Source: an uncultured Candidatus Saccharibacteria bacterium (GTDB lineage Bacteria > Patescibacteriota > Saccharimonadia > Saccharimonadales > JAGQNJ01). Taken from it: 64,000 nucleotides of DNA. A model generated the notes under the pieces. It was not told where the DNA came from. It was given only the letters and a program-made list of their open reading frames with translations, and searched no databases. Positions 36,702 through 45,980 of this stretch are shown here, one piece after another (the stretch's first letter is position 1; every line of letters starts with the position of its first letter). The position numbers and the translations under genes are program-made. The stretch covers positions 13,131 through 77,130 of the forward strand of contig CAZPVO010000004.1 in the NCBI GenBank assembly GCA_964590205.1. The letters run 5' to 3'.

Positions 36702-36717
36702 TGTGAGAATTATCACA
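36702..36717. promoter_or_regulatory. Perfect CRP-type palindrome TGTGA-GAATTA-TCACA in a divergent intergenic region
   Basis: The sequence is read directly from the window. The site lies between the minus-strand orphan operon (start 36631) and folP (start 36758). Confidence 0.5.
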
Positions 36718-36757
36718 TAAACGTCTTTGTTGTTCGTTTGTTTGCTACTATTAATGA

Positions 36758-37537
36758 ATGGCTACGAAACTCGTTGGGATATTAAACATTACGCCAGATA
36801 GTTTTAGTGACGGTGGCAAATTTTTAGATCCAAAAGATGCATTAGACCAAGCCCATCAATTATTTTCTGACGGCGCAGCGATACTTGATATTGGTGCTGA
36901 AGCGACAAATCCGTGGGCTGTACACATTGAACCAGCCCAAGAGTGGGAGCGCTTAGCACTCGTATTGCCTGTTCTTATAGGTGAATTCCCGGGTAAATTA
37001 TCGCTTGATACCTACCATCCAATAATTGTTGATAAAGCTTTCGACATCGGTAATATTTGGATCAATGACGTCATGACCTTCCGTGATCCAGCCATGATCG
37101 AAGTGGCCGCAAAATATAACGCAACATGCATTATCACTCACTCGCCTCTTTCGGCTCAAACCGTTAAAGAAGTTCATGCTATGAAAATTGATGACATCCA
37201 AATTGTCATTGATGAACTAAACACCAAAAGGCAAGAGTTAATTCAAGCCGGTGTTAAGTCAGAAAATATTATTTTGGATCCGGGCATCGGCTTTGGAAAA
37301 ACCATGCGACTCAACTGGCAGTTATTAGAATTTAAAAAATACGTCGACAGTCCTGTCATGATTGGCCATTCCAGAAAACGCTTTTTATCGACAGACCCTA
37401 AAACTGGCGAGCATCTTGATGACGAACAACTGCGTTTTACTGACGAGCGAAACATTGAAGCTGCCAAAATTGCAGTTGAGGCTGGCACAGATTACCTGCG
37501 TGTCCACGATATCAAAATCTATAAAGACCTACTTTAG
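36758..37537 (+). CDS. folP: Dihydropteroate synthase
   Basis: It reads GILNITPDSFSDGG, ILDIGAEAT and DPGIGFGK. Confidence 0.92.
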   Translation: MATKLVGILNITPDSFSDGGKFLDPKDALDQAHQLFSDGAAILDIGAEATNPWAVHIEPAQEWERLALVLPVLIGEFPGKLSLDTYHPIIVDKAFDIGNIWINDVMTFRDPAMIEVAAKYNATCIITHSPLSAQTVKEVHAMKIDDIQIVIDELNTKRQELIQAGVKSENIILDPGIGFGKTMRLNWQLLEFKKYVDSPVMIGHSRKRFLSTDPKTGEHLDDEQLRFTDERNIEAAKIAVEAGTDYLRVHDIKIYKDLL

Positions 37538-38626
37538 ATTTACAACGCCAACATCAGCATCAACTGTAATTTGTTGGCCGTTTTTGAGTTTTTTTGTAGC
37601 GGTGGCCGTACCGACAATACATGGTTTTTTGAGCTCCCTAGCCACAATAGCAGCATGAGATAAGATGCCACCCTGATCTGTTATGATTGCTGACGCTTTT
37701 TTCATAAGTGGCACGTACGCAGGTGTGGTGACCTCGCAAACTAGCACACCTCCCTCGGGAAAATCTACATTTATATTATCTGGATGAACAATTTGTACCT
37801 TACCACTAACCTTGCCTTTGCAGCCAATTTGACCCGATAAAAATGCGTTAGACTGTGCAGTCACATTAAATGTCGTATCTTCAAAGATCTTTCCCAGAAT
37901 TCGGTTGTAGTCTATAAACCACAGTCCAAACTCATCAGTGCTAGCGGTTTCAAAGTATCCCGCCAAATAATCATGTTCAAACGCTGCATTAAGTTCCTTT
38001 TTAAGGACAGCTTGGATTTTTTTATCTGGTACATACAGGTGCGAAGCAATTTTGAGTAACTCCTCCTTCACATCTTTACTCTTGTCTGAGATATGCCATT
38101 TTTTAAAATCATAGTTGAAGACAATTGGGCCGCTGGCATCAAAAAATCCTTGGGTTAGTTGGTGGTGCCCGCCCTTAATAATTTCCCCTTGTATGCCATG
38201 CTTGTTAACTATAAAAATAGTTGCCCAATTAGATGCCTCGCTGTGTGGTATATATTCGGCCCTGTAGTCTTTGGCCTCAATCTCTTGCTCCAAAAACCAG
38301 TCGTAAGCACCGGCGACACTCTTGCCTCTCATGCGTAACTTTGGCAATTTCGGAGTTTTTGGGATAAGCCTCAAAGCGCACAATTGATCACCATGTTTAT
38401 GAAGATAGTTTTTATGCTCAGCCGAATTGTCACGAAGGCTGGTTGCCTCAAACTTGATTGGTTGATCAAACGGTATGCCAATGTGGTCTTTGAGTACCTT
38501 AAGTCTCTCCCGCTTGTCATTGTCTTCTGCTCGCATGGCATCAGTATCTTTGTGGTTGATGTCTTGCAGCCACTCCGTTAGCGATTGCTGCGTTTCAAAT
38601 AATTTAGCTAGTTTATGGTCAGCCAT
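37529..38626 (-). CDS. PEP-utilising-enzyme mobile (swivelling phospho-His) domain protein with an unknown ~270-aa N-terminal domain
   Basis: The C-terminus reads AIITDQGGILSHAAIVARELKKPCIVGT, the phosphohistidine motif of the PpsA/PPDK/RPH families. No PEP/pyruvate TIM-barrel domain is present. Confidence 0.8.
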   Translation of the reverse strand: MADHKLAKLFETQQSLTEWLQDINHKDTDAMRAEDNDKRERLKVLKDHIGIPFDQPIKFEATSLRDNSAEHKNYLHKHGDQLCALRLIPKTPKLPKLRMRGKSVAGAYDWFLEQEIEAKDYRAEYIPHSEASNWATIFIVNKHGIQGEIIKGGHHQLTQGFFDASGPIVFNYDFKKWHISDKSKDVKEELLKIASHLYVPDKKIQAVLKKELNAAFEHDYLAGYFETASTDEFGLWFIDYNRILGKIFEDTTFNVTAQSNAFLSGQIGCKGKVSGKVQIVHPDNINVDFPEGGVLVCEVTTPAYVPLMKKASAIITDQGGILSHAAIVARELKKPCIVGTATATKKLKNGQQITVDADVGVVNLK

Positions 38627-38638
38627 TAATTCAGTATA

Positions 38639-39427
38639 TTACAGTGTCGTTATTGGCCGGCACTGTGTAATATACAACTGCCCGTTTTCTACTGCCCACT
38701 CGACATCAACTGGATATTTGTAATAATCTTCAAGCTTTTTAACTTGCTGCGCTAGTACTTTAAGAAGCGCATCACTCAGTTTTTGAGTATTATCATTAAT
38801 TTCTTGGTATTCGTTTTTACCATCCATGAGTACCAATTTTTTGGTTTGTGCGGCTAGGTGTTTTTCACTCACTTCCAAATTATCTTTATTAATAGCGTAC
38901 ATATCAGGTGTTACGATACCAGAAACGATCGGCTCACAAAGCCCGAGCGCAGCTTCAATAACAACCTGCTTGTCACTGCGAGTGACTGGATGAACTGAAA
39001 AAGCAATGCCGCTGACAGTAGCTTGAACCATTTTTTGAACCACTACCGCAACAGCACCTGACTTTATATTGTGTTGGTCGGCGTAGGATTTAGCGCGATC
39101 AGAATTAATCGATTGCCAGCATTTTTCAACCGAATCCAGAAGGCTGTTCTCAGTAATATTTAAGTAGGTTTCTAGCTGCCCTGCCCAGGCGGTTGATCGG
39201 CTGTCCTCCATTGTGGCGCTGGAGCGAACAGCAATCCTCTCGGCACCAAGTTTGTTAAAAGCCCGTAGTATTTCTTTATCAAGCTCAGGTGTTCGTTGTT
39301 GAGCGCTGGCAGAAATAACAAAGCCGGGTGGCACAACAAAGCCGGCTTTGGTCATTTTGACTAACGATAGTCCCTTACCCCCTAAAATTTGGACATCATC
39401 TGGCGCGTCTTTGAAAAAGTAAATCAT
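38639..39427 (-). CDS. PPDK_N-type ATP-grasp nucleotide-binding domain protein (stand-alone)
   Basis: It begins GGKGLSLVKMTKAGFVVPPGFVIS and ends at the canonical domain boundary, VDVEWAVENGQLYITQCRPITTL. Confidence 0.85.
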   Translation of the reverse strand: MIYFFKDAPDDVQILGGKGLSLVKMTKAGFVVPPGFVISASAQQRTPELDKEILRAFNKLGAERIAVRSSATMEDSRSTAWAGQLETYLNITENSLLDSVEKCWQSINSDRAKSYADQHNIKSGAVAVVVQKMVQATVSGIAFSVHPVTRSDKQVVIEAALGLCEPIVSGIVTPDMYAINKDNLEVSEKHLAAQTKKLVLMDGKNEYQEINDNTQKLSDALLKVLAQQVKKLEDYYKYPVDVEWAVENGQLYITQCRPITTL

Positions 39428-39957
39428 AGTTCAACCTCAATGTAGTCAGCATTGTTCATCAGTTTATACTCGCCAAAATCATCGAAATGGTTTTTACCAC
39501 TTACGACTTCCATCATGTAAAAACCAGAACAGCCGTGAGCAACAACTAGTACAAGATCTTTTTCGGCTAACCTTTTGATTTTTTCTAAGGCTACTTTTAT
39601 GCGCTTTATGACATCTGCCCTCTTTTCAACATCGTCATCATCTGTTGTGTAGTACCAAGGAGATTCATGGGTTTTTGGCTTTCCTTCCAAGCTTGGAAAA
39701 CGTCGTTCATGTAATTCAGGAATTATTTCAATGTGATCGGTTTTTATACCTAGCTCAGCCGCAATAATTTCGGCGGTTTGCTGAGCGCGCAGCATATTTG
39801 AACACACAATTTTAGTGATTCCTTTATTTTTGAGTTCAGTACCGGTTCTGCGAGCTTGCTCTAAGCCCAACTCGGTTAGTGGAACATCTGGTCCGGCAAT
39901 CCAATTCTCAGCATTGGCTTTACTTTGGCCATGCCGTACAAAGATAAACTTACTCAT
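39424..39957 (-). CDS. Histidine phosphatase (phosphoglycerate mutase family)
   Basis: It has the RHGQSKAN catalytic motif and a downstream HG. Confidence 0.85.
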   Translation of the reverse strand: MSKFIFVRHGQSKANAENWIAGPDVPLTELGLEQARRTGTELKNKGITKIVCSNMLRAQQTAEIIAAELGIKTDHIEIIPELHERRFPSLEGKPKTHESPWYYTTDDDDVEKRADVIKRIKVALEKIKRLAEKDLVLVVAHGCSGFYMMEVVSGKNHFDDFGEYKLMNNADYIEVEL

Positions 39958-40510
39958 AGGTTTCCAAAAATTTCTTCAATTTTTCAACAGCAATTGCTCG
40001 TGGCGTATGTTTTTCAAATCCGTCACCCATCTCAGCCAAAGTCTGTGTTTGCCTTGGTGGAATAAAAATCGAATTCCAGCCCATGCCAGCAAGTGAACCG
40101 GTGTCTCCTTTTGGTACTGGGCTAATACTACCTGTTAATTCGCCCGAAAAACTGTGGAATTTTTTACCATCATAAAAACCAAATATGGTAACTGCGGTTG
40201 CGGTGCGATCTCCAAACGAGTCAACCATCTTACAGATACCATCAGTTCCAACGGATTTTAAAAAGAACTTTACAAGTGTTCCCGGCAAATTACCCATGCT
40301 GTGCACGCAAAGCGAAACATCGTCAACCAGTACTGGTTTTTTCAAAATCTTATAAGCTTCTTTGGTCTTATCTTCTAGAACTTTTTCGGCATCAAGTGAT
40401 TGAATTTCTGGCAAATCAAGTTCATGATGCTCAATTTTGTAGCCCAAGAACTTTTCCATGACCCTGACTTTGTACATGTTGCCTGTTACAAACACAAACT
40501 TATGCGACAT
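39950..40510 (-). CDS. Non-canonical purine NTP pyrophosphatase (Ham1/RdgB family)
   Basis: It begins MSHKFVFVTGNMYK and contains LPEIQ. I chose the ATG at 40510 because the track start at 40555 overlaps the upstream gene by 56 nt. Confidence 0.8.
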   Translation of the reverse strand: MSHKFVFVTGNMYKVRVMEKFLGYKIEHHELDLPEIQSLDAEKVLEDKTKEAYKILKKPVLVDDVSLCVHSMGNLPGTLVKFFLKSVGTDGICKMVDSFGDRTATAVTIFGFYDGKKFHSFSGELTGSISPVPKGDTGSLAGMGWNSIFIPPRQTQTLAEMGDGFEKHTPRAIAVEKLKKFLETYE

Positions 40511-41318
40511 GAGTTGGATCCCAGCAGGTGCGGTAATCTTTCTCGAGCTTGGCAAGCTTTTTCATATCTTCTTTATCGAGCTTAAAGTCGAAAACTTCCA
40601 TGTTTTCCTTGAGTCGTTTTGTATGCACAGTTTTTGGCAAAGTTACAAAGCCATTTTCAATTTCCCAGCGAAGCATCACTTGGGCCGGAGATTTACCGTG
40701 CTTCTTACCAATTGCTGCTAGTACTTCGTTATCCAATCCATAACCGTGTGCTAACGGTGAGTAAGCTTCCAGAACTATGTCATTCTTTTTGCAGAATTTT
40801 ACCAGCTCTGGTTGCTGTAAATATACATGCAGCTCAACTTGGTTTACGGCCGGCTTAACGTCAGTTTCGCGCAGCAGCTCTTCGAGATGTCTAATTGTGT
40901 AGTTGCTCACGCCAATTGATTTTGCTTTACCGCTTTTATAAACTTCTTCCATTTTGCGCCAAGCTGGACGGCGCAATTCGGTCACTGGAAAATGAAGTAA
41001 CAACAGATCAACGTAGTCAGTGCGTAGCTTGTTAAGGGACTCCTCAAAACTTGGAATAAGATCACGCCAATATTGGTTATCGTTTTTAATTTTAGTCGTG
41101 ATAAATAGATCTTTGCGCAAGATTTTCGAACGACTGATTGCGCTACCTAAAAATTCCTCGTTCCCATAATACTGAGCTGTGTCAAAGTGTCGATAACCAA
41201 GTTTCAATGCTTCTTCAACTGTTTTAACGCACTCTTGGCGATTCTTAACTTGCCACATGCCTAGTCCAATTTGCGGAATGCTTTGCCCGTTGTTCAACTT
41301 CACTTCTGGAATCTTCAT
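40500..41318 (-). CDS. Aldo/keto reductase
   Basis: It reads LNNGQSIPQIGLGMWQV, HFDTAQYYGNE and LLLHFP. Confidence 0.92.
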   Translation of the reverse strand: MKIPEVKLNNGQSIPQIGLGMWQVKNRQECVKTVEEALKLGYRHFDTAQYYGNEEFLGSAISRSKILRKDLFITTKIKNDNQYWRDLIPSFEESLNKLRTDYVDLLLLHFPVTELRRPAWRKMEEVYKSGKAKSIGVSNYTIRHLEELLRETDVKPAVNQVELHVYLQQPELVKFCKKNDIVLEAYSPLAHGYGLDNEVLAAIGKKHGKSPAQVMLRWEIENGFVTLPKTVHTKRLKENMEVFDFKLDKEDMKKLAKLEKDYRTCWDPTHVA

Positions 41319-41330
41319 AGCTCTATTGTA

Positions 41331-41969
41331 CTATGCGGCTTTGACGTGTTCAGCAAAGTTTTGGCCGGCTTCATAGCTATATGGCTCGAGCGGTACAACA
41401 TGCACACCGAAACCATCTAAACCTCGCGTACCTATGTAGAGGCCGCTGTCACGACGTGTGAGTGTTAAATCTCGTCGTTCTTCAGTTACATACTGTGCAA
41501 GCTCTTCAACATGCTGTTCCTGTTTTGGTGTGGCAACAGCGCCGAGTACTACGGTGTTTTTAACGCCAGGATTGTAGCGCAAATCGGGATTCATAAGTAA
41601 CGCCATGCCAAATTTTAGTGGCTTGTCATCAATCATACCAACTGTGCCCCCGTGACTTTGTCGTGCAACAAAACCAGCTTTTCTATCTTCATTGCCTTTA
41701 TATTGAACTTGCCTCTTATCGGGAAAGTATTGGTCCAGGCCATGCTCACGAATTGAACGATTTGTTACCGGTGCTCTGAGCCATTTTTTGCGAATAGTAA
41801 CCACTCCCTTAATCGGTAAGCCGGCATCGCGTACACCTTCTAAAAAGTCTGGGTATCCTTCCATCATGGCCAATGGATATTTTGACCAATTCCGTGGATT
41901 TGTTTTAGAGAGTTTTTCGACAGCTGTGCCATCAAAATCACTCCAAAATACTGGTTCTCTTGCAATCAT
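41331..41969 (-). CDS. Hypothetical protein, possibly HAD-like
   Basis: 212 aa with an N-terminal FWSDFDGTAV (a DxDxT-like motif I) and a later MIDDKP. This is a weak call. Confidence 0.55.
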   Translation of the reverse strand: MIAREPVFWSDFDGTAVEKLSKTNPRNWSKYPLAMMEGYPDFLEGVRDAGLPIKGVVTIRKKWLRAPVTNRSIREHGLDQYFPDKRQVQYKGNEDRKAGFVARQSHGGTVGMIDDKPLKFGMALLMNPDLRYNPGVKNTVVLGAVATPKQEQHVEELAQYVTEERRDLTLTRRDSGLYIGTRGLDGFGVHVVPLEPYSYEAGQNFAEHVKAA

Positions 41970-42014
41970 GTATCTACCTTATAACGATGCGTTATTTTTG
42001 CAAGCATGAGCAAG

Positions 42015-42449
42015 TTATTTATTTTTGATGTAGATTCGGGCTCTGTCTTGATAAACGTCCCAGGCATCGTCCCGGGCCAAAAATTCTTCTTCGCTCATAA
42101 ACATGTACTCCAGACCTTCGTCACCGAACACAATGTTATCTTTGGCTTGTGCCGGTAGTTTTGCCACAGCAAACCAACCAAATTTTCCTGGTTCAAACAC
42201 ACTGGCCATACGTTTGGCGTGTACAATTTCATCTTTGCTAATATCCAATCCGAACTCCTCACTAACTTCCCGCTTAAATGTCTCAAATGGAGTTTTATCT
42301 TCTGTCTTGGGACCACCACCAGGCACATCGATTTTTAGTTTTGCAATTGGTGCTTTTTCGTCTCGTTTGTAAACCAGTAGTTGATCACCAATATAAACCA
42401 GTCCTTTGCTGCCCAGGCTCAGCGAATCTGGCTTATAAAACTCATCCAT
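42015..42449 (-). CDS. NUDIX hydrolase (third of a tandem trio)
   Basis: The Nudix box reads GGGPKTEDKTPFETFKREVSEEFGL. Confidence 0.85.
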   Translation of the reverse strand: MDEFYKPDSLSLGSKGLVYIGDQLLVYKRDEKAPIAKLKIDVPGGGPKTEDKTPFETFKREVSEEFGLDISKDEIVHAKRMASVFEPGKFGWFAVAKLPAQAKDNIVFGDEGLEYMFMSEEEFLARDDAWDVYQDRARIYIKNK

Positions 42450-42885
42450 CGAGTTTGTCCAGGTATTCTTTAACCCCGGTCAGCCATCCACCTTTAAAAT
42501 AATCTTCCGGCTTGAAAGTCTTTACACTTACCCATTCCATTTGGTCGTGATGTTTTCCAATCTGTATTTCGCCGCCTGTATATTGAGCTTCGTAGCCGAC
42601 AGCAAAAATTCGCACCAATTTGTTGTCTAAGCCAACTTCCTTTCGTTCGACTCGAAAGAAAATTTTTGGTTCACCTAATTCGTATGTCGCACGGTCGCCA
42701 AGTTCTTCTTTTACTTTGCGCTGTATCACGGATTCGAGCGATTTCTCGAATTCGTCTTTTTTAATGCGACCTCCTGGCAAATCCCAAGATCCAAAAATGT
42801 CGTGCGTAATAAGTAGTTTGTCGCCATCGCGTAAGAATAATTTAACGGCCACAAAATACAGATCTTTTTCTAAGCTCTCGCTCAC
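42442..42885 (-). CDS. NUDIX hydrolase (second of the trio), with a variant box
   Basis: The box reads GGRIKKDEFEKSLESVIQRKVKEELG, with RK in place of RE. Confidence 0.8.
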   Translation of the reverse strand: MSESLEKDLYFVAVKLFLRDGDKLLITHDIFGSWDLPGGRIKKDEFEKSLESVIQRKVKEELGDRATYELGEPKIFFRVERKEVGLDNKLVRIFAVGYEAQYTGGEIQIGKHHDQMEWVSVKTFKPEDYFKGGWLTGVKEYLDKLDG

Positions 42886-43298
42886 TGTTTTTCCTGTTCT
42901 TGAAAATATTTAGTTAGCGCAACTTTTTCGTTAGTATACATATCAAAGTTGTTGAGCGTATCCTTTGTTACCCAAGCAGATTCACTATGTTCATCGCTTA
43001 GTTTTACTTCTTTTGGCAGTGAAGCATGTACAGCAAAATAAGTTAGCAAAAGTTTATGATTATGCTCAACCAGGTTATCGCCAAAGCCAGCATGAATTAC
43101 ATCTTGCATGCCGTGGAATGTGGCACCTGTCTCTTCTTGGAGTTCTCGCGTGACGGCATCTTCAATGGTTTGGTTTTGGTCAATCCGCCCACCAGGCAGC
43201 TCCCATTTACCATGCGACTTATCTTTTAAAATCAGCACACCTCGTGGATCTTGAATAATGGCTTTTATACCAACGTAAAAGTCTTGTCGTTGGCTCAC
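42882..43298 (-). CDS. NUDIX hydrolase (first of the trio)
   Basis: The box reads GGRIDQNQTIEDAVTRELQEETG. The start overlaps the polA stop by 4 nt. Confidence 0.85.
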   Translation of the reverse strand: MSQRQDFYVGIKAIIQDPRGVLILKDKSHGKWELPGGRIDQNQTIEDAVTRELQEETGATFHGMQDVIHAGFGDNLVEHNHKLLLTYFAVHASLPKEVKLSDEHSESAWVTKDTLNNFDMYTNEKVALTKYFQEQEKQ

Positions 43299-45925
43299 AA
43301 GTCACCCCAATTTTGGCCAGTGTCCGTATCAACGGTCAGTTTTACCGGTAGTTTAATGGTATTTTCCATGGTTTCTTTTATTATCTTGGCAGTTTTTTCA
43401 GCCTCTCCGCGCGGGCACTCCACTAAAATACTGTCATGAATTTGCAGTAGCATCTTACAGTCTTTGCCCTCTAGCGCCTTGGCAATATCTACCATGGCTT
43501 TTTTCATAATATCAGCGGCTGAACCTTGAAACGGCATGTTCACGGCAGCACGCATGGCAGCTTCGCGCACCATGAAGTTTGACGATTTTACATCTGGTGT
43601 TGGCCTTCTACGGCCAAAAATGTTTTCGACATAACCTTTGTCGTTGGCCTGTTTTTTGACTGATTCAATGTAGTCTTTAAGTTTTGGTCGAACTTCAAAA
43701 TACTTTTCAATAAAGGTTTTGGCTTGCTGATAATTCATACCCGTCGCGGCAACAAGCCCATGTGCACTCAGCCCATACATAACACCAAAATTCACCACTT
43801 TAGCATCGCGGCGCATGTTTTTAGTCACATCTTCGGGATCACGACCATAAACCTCTGCAGCTGTCACGGTGTGCACATCGATGTCTTCGTTAAACTGTTT
43901 GATCAAATCTTTATCACCACATAAATAGGCTGCCAGACGAAGTTCAAACTGAGAATAATCCGCACTCACAAACACATTGCCCTCTTCAGCTTCAAAAGCA
44001 GTACGAATATTTTTACCAAGCTCGGTGCGCACCGGAATGTTTTGCAGGTTTGGATCGTTGGAACTGAGACGTCCGGTTTGAGCTACCGTTAAACTAAATG
44101 TCGTGTGCAGTCGAGAGTTTTCATCTACCTGATTTGGCAATGTATCAACATAGGTATTTTTAAGCTTAGTGACTTCGCGGTATTGGCTAATCAAATCAAT
44201 AATTGGATGAAGCCCGCGCAGTTTATCCAGCTCAGTCGCAGCAGTTGAGTAACCGGTCTTCCCTTTTTTCACGCCCTGAGTAGGTAATTTAAGATTTTCG
44301 AACAAAACTTCAGATAATTGGGTGGGGCTCGAGATATTAAACTCCTTGTCAGCGTGCCCATAAATTTGTTGCTCAAGATCGCTAATCGTGTCCTCAAGCT
44401 GCACCGAAAACTTCTCCAAGTACTTTGTATCAAGTTTTATGCCCGTGTATTCCATACGTGCCAGCACTGATGTGATTGGCCATTCTATTTCCTCGGCTAA
44501 CTTGGCGACTTTTGGCATCTCCTTTAGTTCTTTGGCCTGATGTTTATGAAGCCCTCGAATTACGGCAATAATTTCGCTGAGTTGCGCCTCTTCTTCAATA
44601 TGAATATTAAGATCATTCGCCGCGAGCTCGGCCAAAGTTTGTTCACGAATAAGACTATTAATAAGAAACGCGCCAACCAGCACATCGTGTTCAATATTCA
44701 CAGCATCGATATTTAATGTATAAAGTGTTTGCAATGTTGATTTCAGATCATAGCCAACCAGTTTGGCTGACTCGATATATGTTTTGAGCTTAGTTGTTAC
44801 GCCTGCCAAGTCTAGTGTCGTCAGATCAAAACTAATGACTGTTTTTGGATCTGGCGAAATCGCAAGCAGCTGCGGTTTTTTACCATGATGATTCTCGGCT
44901 ACTGCATGAATCACAAGCTCATCAGTTTTCGGCAGCGTCAGTTTTTCTAGCTCTGCCATGGTTTTAATAGCATGGCTGTCGCCAACCGTCAGTTTGGCTG
45001 GCTTAGACTTATCTGTTTCGCCCGGTACGTGCATGTACTCAGGCAGATTGCGCGCCAAGTTACGAAATTCTAATTTTTCGAGTAGCTCACGTAGTTTTAC
45101 CGGATCACACTTACCGCCATCAACTTCTTTTAGGTCAAGCTTAATTGGTGCGTCTGTCCAAATCGCCGCCAGTTTTTTGCTGAGGTATGCGAGGTCTTTG
45201 CCCGCGATAAGTTTATTTCGAGTGGATTCTTTAATGTCATCCAGATGTTTATACACGCTGTCCAAAGTTTCGTATTTTTGTAGCAATTCCACCGCACCTT
45301 TTTCACCAATGCCCGGCACACCTGGAATATTGTCTGAACTATCACCTTTTATGCTTTTTAGATCCAAAAATTGCTTAACTTTGACACCATATTTTTCTTC
45401 AAAACTTTTGGGGTGATATAAATCGATGTTACTCAACCCTTTCTTTAGCGCATAAACATGCACATTCGAATTGATAACTTGCAACAGGTCTAAATCACTT
45501 GTTATTAACGCAGTATCAATGCCCTTTTCGCGGGCTTGGGTCGCCAAAGTACCCATGATGTCATCTGCTTCGTAATCATCGAGCTCATACAGTGGCCAGC
45601 CAAAAGCTGCAAGTAGTTCATGCAACACCGGAATTTGTTCATAAAAGTCTGGTGGCGCTGGTTTACGGCCAGCTTTGTATTCTGGATACAGCGCAATTCG
45701 TTTTCGAATGTTCGTTTTTGGCTTGTCCCACGCTACGCAAACATAATCTGGCTGAAGACGCTTTATAACTTCGAGCGCCATGGTTGCAAATCCAAACACA
45801 CCACCAGTTGGCGTACCATCTTTTGTACTCAAATTTGGCATAGCGTAATAGCCACGGTAAAAAACACTTTTACCATCAATAATTGCCAGCCGCTTCACCC
45901 CTGGTTTCTTGGTCTCCATTTCCAT
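43295..45925 (-). CDS. polA: DNA polymerase I
   Basis: 876 aa with a 5' nuclease domain (LAIIDGKSVFYRGYYA) and pol motifs A/B/C (DYSQFELR, RRDAKVVNFGVMYG, QIHDSI). A TATACT lies 7 nt upstream of the ATG with no SD. Confidence 0.96.
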   Translation of the reverse strand: MEMETKKPGVKRLAIIDGKSVFYRGYYAMPNLSTKDGTPTGGVFGFATMALEVIKRLQPDYVCVAWDKPKTNIRKRIALYPEYKAGRKPAPPDFYEQIPVLHELLAAFGWPLYELDDYEADDIMGTLATQAREKGIDTALITSDLDLLQVINSNVHVYALKKGLSNIDLYHPKSFEEKYGVKVKQFLDLKSIKGDSSDNIPGVPGIGEKGAVELLQKYETLDSVYKHLDDIKESTRNKLIAGKDLAYLSKKLAAIWTDAPIKLDLKEVDGGKCDPVKLRELLEKLEFRNLARNLPEYMHVPGETDKSKPAKLTVGDSHAIKTMAELEKLTLPKTDELVIHAVAENHHGKKPQLLAISPDPKTVISFDLTTLDLAGVTTKLKTYIESAKLVGYDLKSTLQTLYTLNIDAVNIEHDVLVGAFLINSLIREQTLAELAANDLNIHIEEEAQLSEIIAVIRGLHKHQAKELKEMPKVAKLAEEIEWPITSVLARMEYTGIKLDTKYLEKFSVQLEDTISDLEQQIYGHADKEFNISSPTQLSEVLFENLKLPTQGVKKGKTGYSTAATELDKLRGLHPIIDLISQYREVTKLKNTYVDTLPNQVDENSRLHTTFSLTVAQTGRLSSNDPNLQNIPVRTELGKNIRTAFEAEEGNVFVSADYSQFELRLAAYLCGDKDLIKQFNEDIDVHTVTAAEVYGRDPEDVTKNMRRDAKVVNFGVMYGLSAHGLVAATGMNYQQAKTFIEKYFEVRPKLKDYIESVKKQANDKGYVENIFGRRRPTPDVKSSNFMVREAAMRAAVNMPFQGSAADIMKKAMVDIAKALEGKDCKMLLQIHDSILVECPRGEAEKTAKIIKETMENTIKLPVKLTVDTDTGQNWGDL

Positions 45926-45980
45926 ACTTAACAGTATACGCTAATCTTTGACTACAGAAGTGCTTAAGGTGTCGTATACT

